64,000 bases of DNA, from positions 30,290,150 to 30,354,149 of the forward strand of contig NC_134026.1 in NCBI RefSeq assembly GCF_964204645.1, written 5' to 3'. Below, in pieces: positions 37,314-51,204 of the stretch; within the stretch, counting starts at the first letter, position 1; every line of letters begins with the position of its first letter. The notes under the pieces were generated by a model. It was not told the DNA's origin and did no database searches. It saw only the letters and a list, made by a program, of their open reading frames with translations. Origin of the DNA: Tubulanus polymorphus. Its lineage: Eukaryota > Animalia > Nemertea. A program made the position numbers and the translations under genes.

Positions 37314-37686
37314 ATCAGAGATGCCGACCAATTTCTCCGTCAAATCGGGACTTTCAGTGTTTGTTACCGCGAGTTATCGTAGTTCCAGAGATGCCGACCA
37401 ATTTCTCCGTCAATACGGGACTTTCAGTGATTGTTACCACAAGTTAGCGCAGTTCCAGAGATGCCGACCAATTTCTCCGTCAAATCGGGGCTTTCAGTGA
37501 TTGTTACCTCGAGTTATCGTAGTTCCAGAGATGCCGACTAATTTCTCCGCCAAATCGGGGCTTTCAGTGTTTGTTACCCGAGTTATCATAGTTCCAGAAA
37601 TGCCGAACAATGTCTCCGTCAAATCAGGACTTTCAGTGTTTGTTACTGCGAGTTAGCCTAGTTCCAGAGATGCCAAACAATTTCTC
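37314..37686. repeat. 70-bp minisatellite, about 5 copies
   Basis: agttccaga recurs at 37381, 37451, 37521, 37590 and 37660. Confidence 0.92.
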
Positions 37687-39256
37687 TGAGGCTGATGGCT
37701 TCAGGGATAGGTTGAATGTAAATACACATTGTACATCTATTGGAAAATAAATATGAACTGATGGTTTGATTGGCTGGTTTGTTGTTGAATCTGATTGTGG
37801 GTTATTAATTACTGATGTGCTGCGACTTAGCGTTTTATATGCATACATTTCAAAGGGCTTCTCTTGTTTTTGTTGTGCTGGTTAAATTATTTTGTAAATG
37901 ATAATTGAGGATGTCAAACTTTGGTTTAGAGTTTTGTTACAGTGATGAATGAATGCACTGTATATGTGGAGATTATGTACTTGTGACTGCGTTTGTTTTT
38001 GTAAATACAGTTATTTTTTTAAAATGATTGTTTTTGTGTTGCATCTCATTGTGACGATGTTAAACTCTTAACTCAAGATACTCAGTTTGCTCTTGACTTG
38101 TTTGATTATTATATTGATGAATACATTGATTTTATGGTGTTTGATTATCTGTTGAACTATTGTTTATGAATACCATTTGAACTACTAACCACTAGTTGTT
38201 TTAACATCAGTATCATTAATGGTCAGTTGTTCTCTACAAATTATATGTGTTATTATTTCTTTATATAATGTACGGTGGACTCTCTTAACTAGAATCATTT
38301 CAAGTCCAGTCACTTTTATCTTGGAGTAATGATTTTCCAAGCTTACATCAACTCGGACATAAAGACATTGAACTATTGCATTGAAATTCTTTTATCTGCA
38401 GGTGACAATTATCACCTTGTCTTTATTGATTCGAGTTAGTCAAGTCTATTGTACATGGATTCTTTTTTCTCTGGAAGTGAATTAAATGAAACGAGACGAC
38501 AGTTGAACCCCATTAATACGATTGTGTTTAGGACGAAAACCGTTTATTACGATCAGATTTTCGGCATGTCCCGGCTAATTTACATCGATCCATATTTTGA
38601 TAATACGACAATTTCACTTTCAACCATAAGATTTGTATTTAACTAAGGATCCACTGTAAAATGAGGACTTCAAACCATTCTCACTGATGTAGAGACTTTC
38701 TTTTATTAAAGTTTTCAGTCTGATTACTCATAAATTATGCATGTATCAATCTGCCGCAGCTTGGCACTACCCTATCTGCTGAGGATACTCCAGTACCTAC
38801 CCATACCCTTCAGACACTCGTTTAGACTTTAGACCTTCTACATAATCTGAAGTACTCGCTCTTCAAAGACAGCTTGAACCCTCCTCCCACCCCCTTTCAG
38901 ATAGAATGTCTGGGGTCCAGGCAACAGATCGACACCTTTCTATTGGCTTTGAGTAATCAGACCGATCTTGTCTGATTACTCTTTTTTTATATCTTAAGTT
39001 TCTTTGCCGTAAAAGCTGAGCGGCCGGTTGTAGCTCCATAACAAACTAAATCACACCCACTGGAGTCAGGTGGGGGACTGATCAGTTTTAGAAAATAGAA
39101 TATTTGAATAAGGTCTGAGACTTTCATTTATTTGACTATTTATGCAGCTATCAACCTGCATTTTGGACACTGATTCCCTGCCATTAATGGAATAATTAAT
39201 TTGTCTTTTCGCAATTGTTTCCTTAAATACAGTTTGTTCTACACTGAAAAATAACT

Positions 39257-39460
39257 GTGTCGGGTACGAACTCCATCGATAGTTGCTCGAGCTGTTTCTG
39301 ATAGGGCCTGATGCTGAAGTAGACGATGAGCTGGGGTGTCCCAGTAATTATTCAGAGTGGTCCTGATGCAGACAAAAAGGACATGTAAAGGTGTTCTGGG
39401 TTCGAACGTAGATACCACTTATACTGGGAATGATCCTAATGTTGAAATGAAGTTAAATAG
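39257..39460 (+). repeat. Diverged copy of the tRNA-like repeat at 10229-10525
   Basis: cctgatgctgaagtagacgatg..ggggtgtcccagtaatta.ttcagagtggtcctgatg..gggttcgaac. Confidence 0.7.
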
Positions 39461-39796
39461 GACTGTACGATACAATTATACATACAACTATTATCGCCAC
39501 CGATTGGAATTTCGATAAACTATCAAATAGCTAGAATTAACCGTTGTAAATATTTGTAATGTACTACATTTCACAAGCGCCATCTATCGGAATATGGAAT
39601 AAAATGTCTACAAACGTAGTGGAGTGGCGGGTTCGAACCCATGGCATTGATTCAGAGGGCCGACTCCAGCGGCGGATCCAGGGGGGGGGGTTCACGAGCA
39701 CCCCCGTAAAGTCCTCCTTATTTGCCGTGCAAGGGCTCCTTGGGGGTTTAATTGACCCCAAAACCCCAAAATATCAAAAATATTGTTTAAAAAATT

Positions 39797-40075
39797 AAAA
39801 AAGCCCATATTCCAGATTCAACTTTGCTGAATCTATTATCAAGGACGGGTCAGAGACACGCGACCGCAATTAAAATGTTCAAAGTCTATGTATAAAAAAA
39901 CGGGAACTGAGAGTTTTCTGAATTTTTCATATTTTTTGATATCTTCATGAACCTTCAAATGCCGCCAAAAACTAGAAACATGTTAAAAAAGCCCATCTTC
40001 CAGATTCGATTTTGCTAAATCTATTATCAAAGATGGGTCAGAGACACGCGACCGCAATTAAGATGTTCAAAGTAA
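39797..40075. repeat. ~90-bp direct duplication with ~188-bp spacing
   Basis: aaaaaagcccat.ttccagattc..gggtcagagacacgcgaccgcaattaa.atgttcaaagt occurs twice. Confidence 0.85.
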
Positions 40076-40474
40076 AAAAATTACAAATATTTGTTCTTAT
40101 TTCCATATATATGCTGAATAAAAAAGGAGCGACGGGGAACAGATAAAAATAAAATTCTTTTGTTTTACCTAGATCCGTAGTCAAGTTAATGATAAAAAAC
40201 GGCCCTCCGGATCATTCATAATTCATAAGTTCTTTTTGTGTTAAGCTATTTTGATAAAATGTCGTTTTACGCAGTCAATCGGGTTGATACTGATAGCGAT
40301 CGATAATCAAGATCAACAACAGGAAACAATCATAGTATTCGCCATTTCAGCAGGGTAATGACACGAGTTTGCATTTTAAGTATTGCCGGCAGTGAGACAC
40401 GTACGGGAGAACCGGAAATGAGTAACCTGAATCTGGTAGATCCGAATAACGTGATAGCTTCATGTAGGTTCAAA

Positions 40475-41885
40475 ATGGCGTCGAAAGGATTTAGCATCGA
40501 TGACGCTTTCGAGTCGGATGACGATGAGAAAATACGAACATATGGTTCCACAGTTGAAACAAAACCTCTTCATAGTTCGCGAAAAACTATCGCTACAGTT
40601 GACGTTCGGCTTCAAGAACATTTAAACGGGAAATCGGTAGGAAACGAGGTAAAATCAGTCTTACAATTTTACTTCCGGGTTTCTGTCAAAAATCCTAAGA
40701 AAGTTAAGCGACACTTACTTCATTACGCTACAGCCTTTGATTTAACGATGATTTGTTTATTTTAGGTGTATATTCCAGTTGAAACTAATGAAAGAGATGA
40801 TTTACTGCAATCTCCATTAAATCATGGGTAAGTGAAAAATTTAATGAGAACTTGAATGAAAAAATTATGTCGATTCTAACTGACTGAGACTGAGTGATAA
40901 TGGCTCCCTATGAACGTTCAGACATTAGAGACATCCTCAGTTGTAAAGGAAAGTGATTTTAATTCAACTGATTCAGGCATTATTGGTGAGGTATATACTG
41001 TATAACAGGTGTTTGTTTAATATTGCAGTCAGACTCCATTATTCATGAGATATATTCTGTAGTTAACCAGTGTTTGTTAAATATTGCAGTCAGACTCATG
41101 GAGCTGAAGATGGAGACGGCTCTGTTAAAGTTGTCAATGTTACATATCAAACAAAACCCAGGTATTCATCATCGCTGAACTCACCGAATGTGGTTAATCA
41201 TTGTATTTGATAATTCATCGAATTTCTATATCTGTTTTCAGTTTGTCATTCAGTTGGTTGAGACATCCAAAAATCAAGGAAAATTGGAAATTTGTCCTTA
41301 TGGCATTTCTACTGCTTCTAATGGGGATTGGTAAATTAATCACCTTGGCGTTTTGTAGATATATATTCTCTGAGGACGAGTTGAATTATTTTGACTTATT
41401 TCTCTTATTTCAGGCCTTGTAATTGTTGGAATAGTGATAGAGTTTATCAAACCTCCAGGTAAGAGGTCAATACATGATATCCAAAACTAGTTAAGATCCT
41501 GAGATACAAGTTTTTAATTTCATCCAATATTCATGTATTTTAGGTGTCGCGAGCTTCATATTTTTTATCATAGGAATAATATTGATAATTCCAGGTGGTA
41601 AGTATTTGATGATATGACTCTGAATTTGTTGTAATTCCAATTCATAGGTGAAAATTAAGTCGTCAAATGATAGCCCAACTGAAACAAGTTTTACCATATA
41701 TAAATACTTGTAAATTGTGTAGATGAAGGATGGGATGATTTATTTTGCATACATGTTTTATGAGTGGTCTCTTACCTGTCACGACTATTAATTGTTGTCT
41801 TTCAGCCTATCATGTAATTTATGTTTACTGTGCCGTCAAGGGTCGAAGAGGATTTCAATTTTACAATATTCCAAACATGGAGTGA
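40475..41885 (+). CDS. TMEM134: Transmembrane protein 134, about 7 exons
   Basis: Starts MASKGFSIDDAFE; later exons give WLRHPKIKENWKFVLMAFLLLLMG, IFFIIGIILIIPG and AYHVIYVYCAVKGRRGFQFYNIPNME*, matching TMEM134 motifs. Confidence 0.9.
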
Positions 41886-42743
41886 AGAGAGGAAGACTGG
41901 TTTCACTAAAATCATGGCTTAAAATGTGGTTTTACCTTCAAGTATTAGTTCGTTAATTTTCGAGCAGAATATTTGAATAGTGCGGTGAATCCTAAAGTTG
42001 CTCAATACTCAAATGCTTTATTGAAATTATGTTAAAAGATTTACTTGAAAATCAAATGTCTAAAAGTGTCTAAAAGCATAATAGGAAATGACAAATATAT
42101 ACTGCTTCAGTACATATCATGTATTTACTATAGATGGAATTCAAAAAACAATCAAAATCGTGCATTTATCTTACTTTGTCAGCTAAACCAGTATCAATAA
42201 TATACAGTGACTAGTGTTTTGTTTGTACATGTCATATTGTATCAGTGATCATTGTGTTGCAGTTTCAATTAGTTTAATAATAGTTGAACAGTCATAATAA
42301 GTTGACATGTTTTAGAAATTATTAGAAATTATACAATCATGTTATTGTTGCATTTGTTTTCATTACGTATTGACGTACATGTATATTCTGCACATCTAGC
42401 TGATAGTGAAGAACTAGTGAATATTTTAGCAGTCACTCGTGTGACATTTCTGTCTCATACTTCGTTTTATTTGAACGCTTTGTTATATCGTGTTGTTGAT
42501 CTATTCCATATATTTTACACGTTTGTAATGTTTAATCTGAATTATATGTCATTTTGTAATAATAATAAAATAGTCGATATATGAAAAATGAAACTTATTC
42601 TCGAAATCAAAAGCGATCGTTAGACAGGACGACGAGTGTTTTCATGGAATATCCTTCATTGTGTATCGAGTGGTCAACACTAAAGCGATGGAGCTAGACG
42701 TATTATTTGATTCAGTGAACTAGAGATGACATTTATTATTCTC

Positions 42744-44041
42744 TCAATAAGGAGAAGTGACCGATGCGACCCTTTTCCTTGTCCGATCACAATTATTATA
42801 CATCCATATTCCGGATAATGTTACAATCATTCCACAGACACTGGTTACTGATAAACCGGTACCAAATATAACTACAGATAACAGAATATTGAACACTGTC
42901 ATTACATTCCCCAATAACGCTACAGTTAAATCGTGCGTATGGTAAGTGACTAAAAACGTCAGAACGTTGTAAATCGCGCAAACTAGTCCATCTAATACGA
43001 GCAAAAATAATACGTTTATAGTTGCGAAAGAACTTAGTTCAGTACTGGTCGCATCTGGAGTTTGATTGGTCACGAAGGCGACCACAATCAGCATCGGAAC
43101 ACACGGTATTGATATATAATATAATAATGACAACGAATTCATATTTTCATCTTTCAGCAACAAACCTATAAAATAAAAAAGAGATTTCTTTTGAGCGCAA
43201 ATGCATTAAATTGTATGTCTCGAGTGAAGAAACGAACGGACGACAAATTCAGAGTGACGCGTACGACATTGTGAAATTTTGTTTACTTCTAACTGCAAGT
43301 GATTCAAATTCAAATTTTACCTTGTGAAATAGTTTTTCCACTTTTTAGCGTCGCCGACAATAAATTCGCGACGAGCGCAGACCAAACAAAATCAGTTTCA
43401 CCCAAAACACACATCAAAGTTCCCAGGCACACTGGAACCATGCTGAGATATGTTATCGAAGTTTTCTTCGTTTTTGTGATGATTCTCGATAGAATAGCCG
43501 TTATAACGGGAGTTATCGATAAAATCATTTTAGAAAATGAAACAGATCCAAAACTGATTCCCATATTACCGATAGCCACACTAGCGCAGAATATAACACT
43601 GAGAATCGATAACTTCTTCCAACATTTCCACTCGAGTTTACTATGATGTTCTCGGAAAGACGTCCGTTCAAGAATGATTTTAGTTACTAAATAGCACATG
43701 AACACTTGAGCTACAGATAGACGAATCGGATAGTTAAAATTATGCTGTTGGAAAATGTACTTGTTTAGATTTGAAAGTGTAAGTCCAGCGATAAACCAAC
43801 CGATGACAAACAGCGAGACGTAACTTTTCTCCGGCTTCAGTTCTTCGTGTTTACGTTTCGTAAATCCTGATCTACCGTCATCAGAACGATTAGAATAAAT
43901 CAATGAACTCGGTAGATATATCTCATTATTGAAACGATTATTAAGACATGGTTTCCTTTCGTGTAAGCCTCTCTGGTAGCAAACTGATGGAACCAGAAAT
44001 ACGCTGAAAGTTCGCGCACCACCGAATGTATTCCCACACAT
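42744..44041 (-). CDS. SLC35E-family (triose-phosphate transporter domain) nucleotide-sugar transporter, SLC35E4-like; 2 exons (44041-43321, 43165-42744)
   Basis: LSNLNKYIFQQHNFNYPIRLS, many TM segments, and an in-frame junction KTISQ-G-LLLKDENMNSLSLLYY. Start codon uncertain. Confidence 0.85.
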
Positions 44042-45149
44042 TTTTCACCATATATCAGAAGGAAAATCTTCAATACACTCGTAAAGATATTCAACTTAAT
44101 TCGGTGGAAATTCAACTTTTATTACTATTGAACCGTGCAGTTGTATGTTGTCTTATTGACTGATTTACAGGGTCAACTCTATTCATATATGAAGACAGTT
44201 CTAAAGACAAACTTGTCGTTCATTTATTGGTTCAATGTATTGTCTCACACATGGAATTCATGGTCTCCTTGATATTATCAGTCTCGGTCCAATTTAGATA
44301 GTTCCTATTTTTAAACTGGACTTTAAACTGATAATCAGTCTGATCAACCATGGACTCTGGTTTTAAAGAGTCCATGGATCAACAAACAAACATGAGTGCC
44401 GGAACGCGCGGTCGAAAAGAAAAGGAACTGGATAAAGTAGCCACACCAGAGGCCGCAAGCGGTGCTGACATTTTTGTGTTGAAATTAAGGTCATAGACAT
44501 TTCTGAAGAGATAAATCCGAAAAGATGTATTCAAGAGGATTACTGTCAAATAAATGTGTATGGAGTAACTTCAACAGGAAGGCAGGGGCCAGGACCCGCA
44601 TTAAACCCCCAAGATTCGCCCTTTGGACCTGACATTTTAGGAAACTGAAAAAAAGAATGCGAGAGAAACCATCGATACAATTAACAGTTCGATTAAATGA
44701 ATCTTTTATTGTCACAAAGTTTAAGGCGAATACATAATGATGTACTTTTAAAAAATATACAGATGACGACATTTTTAATTATGAGACAAATATGGCACCG
44801 GAATTTAGGTCGTAAGATATTTTCATCTAAAGAAAAATTAACCTCTTGTAAATAATTGAAATTAAGAAACAAATAAAATACACATACAACAACGAAGTTC
44901 AAAGAGACATGCGTCTGAATCCAATACAATTTGTTAAAATGAAATGAATTTGTTCCAATTTATTATTCATGAAAAACAGTACGTAAAATATTGCACCAAT
45001 CGAATATACGTGAGATATATACACGTATAAGCATGGACGTTTGTACTAAATCTAGTTTATACGTCCATTAGATATAAGATATAAGGGCTCCGTTCTCTTT
45101 GTTCTCTATCTATTACCTATTAGTATACATAAAACATGTCGAATGCTAA

Positions 45150-46906
45150 TTATATATAGGGCAATAAATGAAATCTTTCATTTCTGATAATGGGTTCACG
45201 GTATGATCTCACTCTCACCTCAGCAGCATTCGTTTCTGTTTGGGAATGTTCGTAATATAACGAAAACGTGTTCACAATTCCTGTCACAGAAATACTTAGA
45301 GCTAATATACTAGTGACCGCGCAAAGACTGCCGACACAATATCCGAAAGATGTGATCGGATACAAGTCCCCGTATCCGACGGTAGTTATAGTGACCAGAG
45401 CCCACCACATACCGACAAAAATATCGGCGAATCTGCTCTGATCCTCAGCGTAATATATCAAACATCCAAAAATGATGACACCGATCCATAGAACGACAAG
45501 CAACAACACGATCTCCGGCAACGCTCGCTTCAAAGAGAACATGATCACTCGAAACGCGCGATAGTTCCTCATTATTCTGAACAGTCTGAAAACACGGATC
45601 ACTTCGAACGCTCGGAAACATCGCTGAAACGTGCTATTAAACCGAAGATTCGGTACAGCTAGAATCATAATGCCTAAAATAATAGGGGGCACAATAGCGA
45701 AGAAATCAATTATATTCAACGGAAAAACAATGAATCTCTGCTTGTTTGGGCAGCTGCCGAAGCGCAGAATGAATTCAACCGCAAAGAAAGTCAAACAAAC
45801 GTATTCAGCTATCAGGACTTTGTTAGTGCGAAACGTTATTCCTGGTGGTAAAGGATACTTGGTACGGTTGGCTACTAATTGCGTTACGTTGATTCCGTAG
45901 AATTCAGCGAGTTCATCATCGGCGGGATTCCGTCGCATCGATGCGTATGACGAGACGACCATGATCACAACCGATGCCAGAATTACCAGATTTGACAGTA
46001 TTGAATAAACCTTCAAATATGAGAGATATAATTAATTACAACAAATTCGGCATAAATTTGTCAACGTTTAAATCTAATCGTTGCATCGATAAAAATTTTC
46101 ATTTTCTATCAGTCAAAGTGTGTATAAGGCTGCGTGGTAACGAATGTTTGTTATTATTCAGTCTTGTGTCAACCAAATCATGATTGATGCTGCATCATGA
46201 ATAATCAGTATTAAGTTACCGTTCCCACAGAGAATATTCATGTTGACATTCTGAATATTTCGTTAAAAATTGTATTCAGTGAGCTTGATTAAAAGCCAGT
46301 AAAAAGTCGGCTATCGATTAAAGATAGAAACCATTGAATGGATAGAAATTAATCTAAAAATCGTCGCATATAAGTTCACTGTTACATGTAACGTACCATG
46401 GCTGGTTTTGTAGATGCCGGATAATCGAGAATTAACCAAATCTTGTTGCACATCGTAACTTGATCGGGAAATGGTTTATTCACTCTTCGATCGAACGTTT
46501 CCAATGTTGTTTTGTTGTTGATCGTTTGGTTAAAGTGAATCCAACAACAACGTTTTACATCGGTCCAGTTGATTCCCCAGAAATCCAGTTCTAGTTTCAC
46601 AGACCAGCCGCATTGTGAAAACGGCACGTGTAACTCACCAGTTCGATAAAAATTCAATATATATTCAAAACAATCGGCGCTTCTATCGAAAAAATATTCG
46701 CCAGTTTCACGATTGTAATATTTCGATTCGTGATTCAACATCGCTAGTCTCGTATTCGGGATCCGTTGGAGAGTTGACCGCCATGTTTTGAATTTACGAC
46801 CTCCGACGTCCAGAACAACGATACTATCATCGTCACTATCATCGTCTTCTTGTGTGTGGATATCTGACAAATCAATATCCATAGCTTGATTATCGATACC
46901 ATTCAT
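45150..46906 (-). CDS. Voltage-gated K+ channel subunit, Shaw/Kv3-like and divergent; 2 exons (46906-46397, 46010-45150)
   Basis: T1 domain EYFFDR..ILNFYRTGELH..ELDFWGI..CCW; S4 IRVFRLFRIMR; pore WWALVTITTVGYGDLYP. Confidence 0.92.
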
Positions 46907-48084
46907 ACCTCTCTCGACCAAACCAGTTTTTCAGTTCTGTCCTCCTGACATCTGTTTTTATATCTATCTGTCTGTTTATCTGCATGTACGTATGCAAAAC
47001 TGAATAAACACTGCGAAGTCTATCCACGTATTTACCTGAGATTCGATGTCAAATAGTATCAGTACTCCGGAATAACGTTAGTATTTTTAATAGAACCCCG
47101 GCGGGATACGTAATTTTTTAAAATCAATTCTAATTCATCTGCTCAACATTCCATTATCATTAAGCACCTTCCAGTCACCAGCTGTGACAAACTTTAAACT
47201 CACATAAAGATAATATGCAGATTTAATGTCGATGCATTGCTGAATGTACGCAATAACATATTACGTGACGCCCATCAGAAACATCGATACATAATAATAG
47301 AGACATTGATGATATAAAATTGTATCGTCAGCAGCGACTGCAACTAAAAAAATGTCGATTTCCTTATCCATGATTTATGTGAATTTTTAAAGAGCCACTC
47401 TAGACATTGCTATTTACTGACATAGGACGAAAGCCCGGGCTCTGGGAAAACAGCTTGATTGATGGTTGTTTTTCGGCTAACTTCAGTTTATGATGTATAG
47501 CCAGTTGCAAAGCCAAATAAGGCTTACATCTAAGAGACCAAGTTTAAGTCTATTCATTAATTACATGGCGGGTCAAAGCTTTATCTTCTAATAATCAATC
47601 AGATTAAAGCCAATAGTACTGTCAAGTAGTCATACGTAAATCCTCTAAGTAAAACCTAATGACCACCGGCTATTACGAATATATAAATATAGTAACTATT
47701 CACCTTAGAATGACACCAACGTAAATACACGTGCAATTTTGAAAGAATTCATTAAACATTGAATAATAAATGACGAAAAGGGAGACGTAATGATGGATTA
47801 AGTAGATTTTTCATTGGTCGAATGTTGTTAAGTCACTTAAATTTATCCACGTTACGTCTATAATTTCCGGCGACGAAGATTTTGTGCAATAGTAAAGATC
47901 TGAGGCATTCATCTCGTTTATTTTCAGGGGAAAAACAAGAAACGGTGGGGCAGGTGATGATGTCATCATCAGCATGGGCTGCATTACCTCAGAATTTTCT
48001 CTCATCGACCAAGTGACGACAATCATTAACTTTCTGACAGCAGCTGTCTTCATTTTAATAATTCATAATCATATGTCCGATATC

Positions 48085-48201
48085 TATATATAATGGACAA
48101 ACCCTGTGGTGTTAGTGTTCATTACAGCGAGAAGATTACAGACGACGTATTCCCTCTCTCTTAAAACTCGACGAGTGGAAGAGCGAATCTCTCTCGATCA
48201 G
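48085..48201 (+). promoter_or_regulatory. Probable TATA box and non-coding first exon of the neuropeptide gene
   Basis: TATATATAA at ~48085, donor CAG|GTAACA at 48201, acceptor TTTTTTAG at 49458 just before the ATG. Confidence 0.5.
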
Positions 48202-49462
48202 GTAACACGATATTCTATTACCATTCATTCTAGTTATTTGTCTGTTCTTGTTTTGTTTTGTTTTGTTTTGATTTGTTTGATGATTATCTAAGTAAAAATA
48301 TATAAATGTAAAATTAGTTATATACTGAACACGACAATCATCAGGATCTCGGAAATCATGATATGATTGTCAAGCCGATACTCTAGTTGAATAAACATAA
48401 AATGTAGCATAAAGACATTTTTAAAGCGTTTTAGAGGGTCAATAAATGCCGTTTCTACTTTTACGAATTTTTCTTATTTTCTCCCGTTTCTAACTTAACA
48501 TTTTAGATCGTGTAATTTTGCTTTAAGCGAATATGTGTTTTTCCTTCTTAGACCGATATGAGGTTTTAATAATTTCAAATTTGAACTTGATATTTCACAT
48601 TAAAAATACCGAATTAGTTACAGGTGGCCCCTAATGCTTATTGTATATTCGATTTGTTTCCTTTTTGTTCGAGCATCCGTCTATTGACGGTTTAGTAGTC
48701 AATCGCTCGTGCAAAAAGAATTTATCAGATACTATCATACATAATACACGATAAGATTATAAGTAACTTAAGTAAAAATCCCATTGCCACGCTACCAAAC
48801 AGCTAGGAATAATCGATCTAGGCAATTTATCTCTATTGGTTTTTAGATACAAACGAATCATTATCATTAGAAATAGAATAATTTTGTTAACTATCAGAAA
48901 TATTCACATTTTGACCGTCATCTCAATCGAATTTCCCCTAATTTGATTTTACACTTTCCGCGATGAAGTCCTCGCAGAACATTATTTTGTCGGTTTTACT
49001 GCTAAATGTAAATTGACTCAAAAAAGAAATGACCAAATCCTCTTTTGAAGGTTAATTGAATTCACGGCATTATTTCGTTTTTCTTCTCCAGACATCGTAA
49101 ATATGACTTTCATTTTCGAGTTCAGTGTAAACTTTCCAATTCTTTTTTGGCGGAACCATGGACTCATATAAAGTCGTTGGTGGAACAGAGTGTTAGAGTA
49201 GAGAGTAGTGTTAAACGGACTGCAGTATGTGTGCAGTTGGAATTAATAAGAATTAGCATGTATAACATATTATTCTTTATCCGTTTTTGCAGTTTTTATG
49301 GCTTTAATGTGCAAAAACTACATAAAGAATGCTTTTCCCCATTCTATTCGAGTGGCTTTCCATTGCGCGAGAGGAACTATATCGAGAGAATATTCTCAGG
49401 CATATATATTCAAAAATAAAGCGGGATAAACTGTGTGATATTTTCACTCATTTTTTAGAGGA

Positions 49463-50487
49463 ATGATGTCATCGTGGTTATGGAGATATTCGGCAGTCTG
49501 TTTACTGATTGCTGCTCTGACTATCCCCGCTGTATTTAGTCAGTGGTCTCAAACTTTAGGCTGGGGCGGCGCCGGAGCTGGTGGGAAACGAGGAGCACCG
49601 ACGAATTCGAATTCGGAATCCGATTGTTTTGGCGTCGATGTTAGCGTCATAAAACAAATCTGGAAACTGATCCAGGTTAGACTCTTTTCTTATATAGTTC
49701 AAATTGCACTGTTGTACAGTAGACTTCGCTTAACTCGGATGGACCGTTAAAATTTATCCGACTAGAGTGTAATATCCAAATTGGATGTTACGATAGTGCC
49801 ACAAAAAATACTTCAAAAATACCCGAGTTGATCGGATCCGACTTAGGCGGAGTCTACTTTATATATAGTTAGAAATGCAAGATTAAGGTTACATATCTTT
49901 CAGTAAAAGTTCACATCAATACGAGTATACCGGTCACTCTAATTAATTTTTTTGCTTATGAAAAAACGTCCAAGACTGCTGTCTCTATATAACGTGAATT
50001 AGTCAGATTGAGAAGCCTTAGAAGCGACTGTCTAAAGATATATATATAGTCTTAAAAATGAAACTGGAATTTCTTGATTAACTAATTGATTACGTGAATA
50101 TCTTTGGTAAAGGTATAATGTATCAGTTTTGAGACGTAAAGCGATCGCTTTCTGTCGTAAAAAGCAAATAGGCAACTGACAGAAATCACAGAAAATGAAA
50201 TAGTGTGTATGAATAAATGATGCGCTTGTAGTAATCATTTCCTGTATTTAGTATATTGATTAGTAAGCGACATAAACATCTAACGGACAACTTCGCATTC
50301 AGGATGTGTATTTCCTGTTAACGGAAATAGTGTACTCAAGTAGTGTCGATAACGGTATATCGTTCCTGTCATTGTTATACAGACACCCACGTGCCTAGTT
50401 ATAAGACATTATTTCATATTCCAGATCGAAGCTCAGCGAATGAACAAATGTCCACAAAACGAAGTTTTCTCAAAATTCAAACACTGA
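49463..50487 (+). CDS. AKH/ACP/GnRH-superfamily neuropeptide precursor (exons 49463-49675, 50425-50487)
   Basis: Signal peptide directly followed by QWSQTLGWGGAGAG-GKR. The C-terminal C..IWKLIQIEAQRMNKC matches the two-Cys AKH-precursor-related peptide pattern (LIQxEAQK/R..C). Confidence 0.85.
49715..49860. mobile_element. Tc1/mariner-type MITE in the neuropeptide gene intron
   Basis: cagtagacttcgcttaactcggat ... atccgacttaggcggagtctact, flanked by TA. Confidence 0.65.
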
Positions 50488-51204
50488 CATTAAACTACAC
50501 TGGTAGGTTATTACAGTCTGAAATGTATTTATGAGATAGTATTTACTATAAGTTGATGTGACTATATATGTATATCTATCTACTTTCAGTGAATTGTTTG
50601 CAGTGAAGGTAACGGAGACCGAACTGACGAATCGACGATGACGTTTATCTGTTCAGATTTTATCTTTTTGTACATACATTACTGAAACGGTTCGAAAACT
50701 AAGAAAAAAAAAGATCTTAAATAAATCGTGTAATTTCATTGATGAATTCTAGAGATTATTGTTTGTCACTTCTCTTTCTATCTTTCATTCTCTGTAATCA
50801 AGCATCAGAGTAGAGTCCGGTAGCGACGCTGATCCCAAACCATTCAAACAGCAATAAAAAGAAAATCTATCAAAAACATTTTTACTTTATTTTAATATTG
50901 ATAACACAATTTTACATAATAAACTTTGAATACAATTTACTTATCATTTTTCCAAGAAATGTGATAAAAACAGTATAACATGCATGTTTTTTATCTGATT
51001 CCAGGGCTTTTTTGAATACTTCATAGAATTTCCAATTTACATTTGGGGTCCATCCAAAGAAAAGTGATCTAATTATGACATTCAAGAACCATGAAAATGA
51101 TTTCTGGATTTTAAAGCCCATTCCATGATATTCAACGCCCTGAATTGACCCCTTACCATTTTAGGAATTTCTAGGGCCTATGAACCCTGAATTATCATGT
51201 CGCT

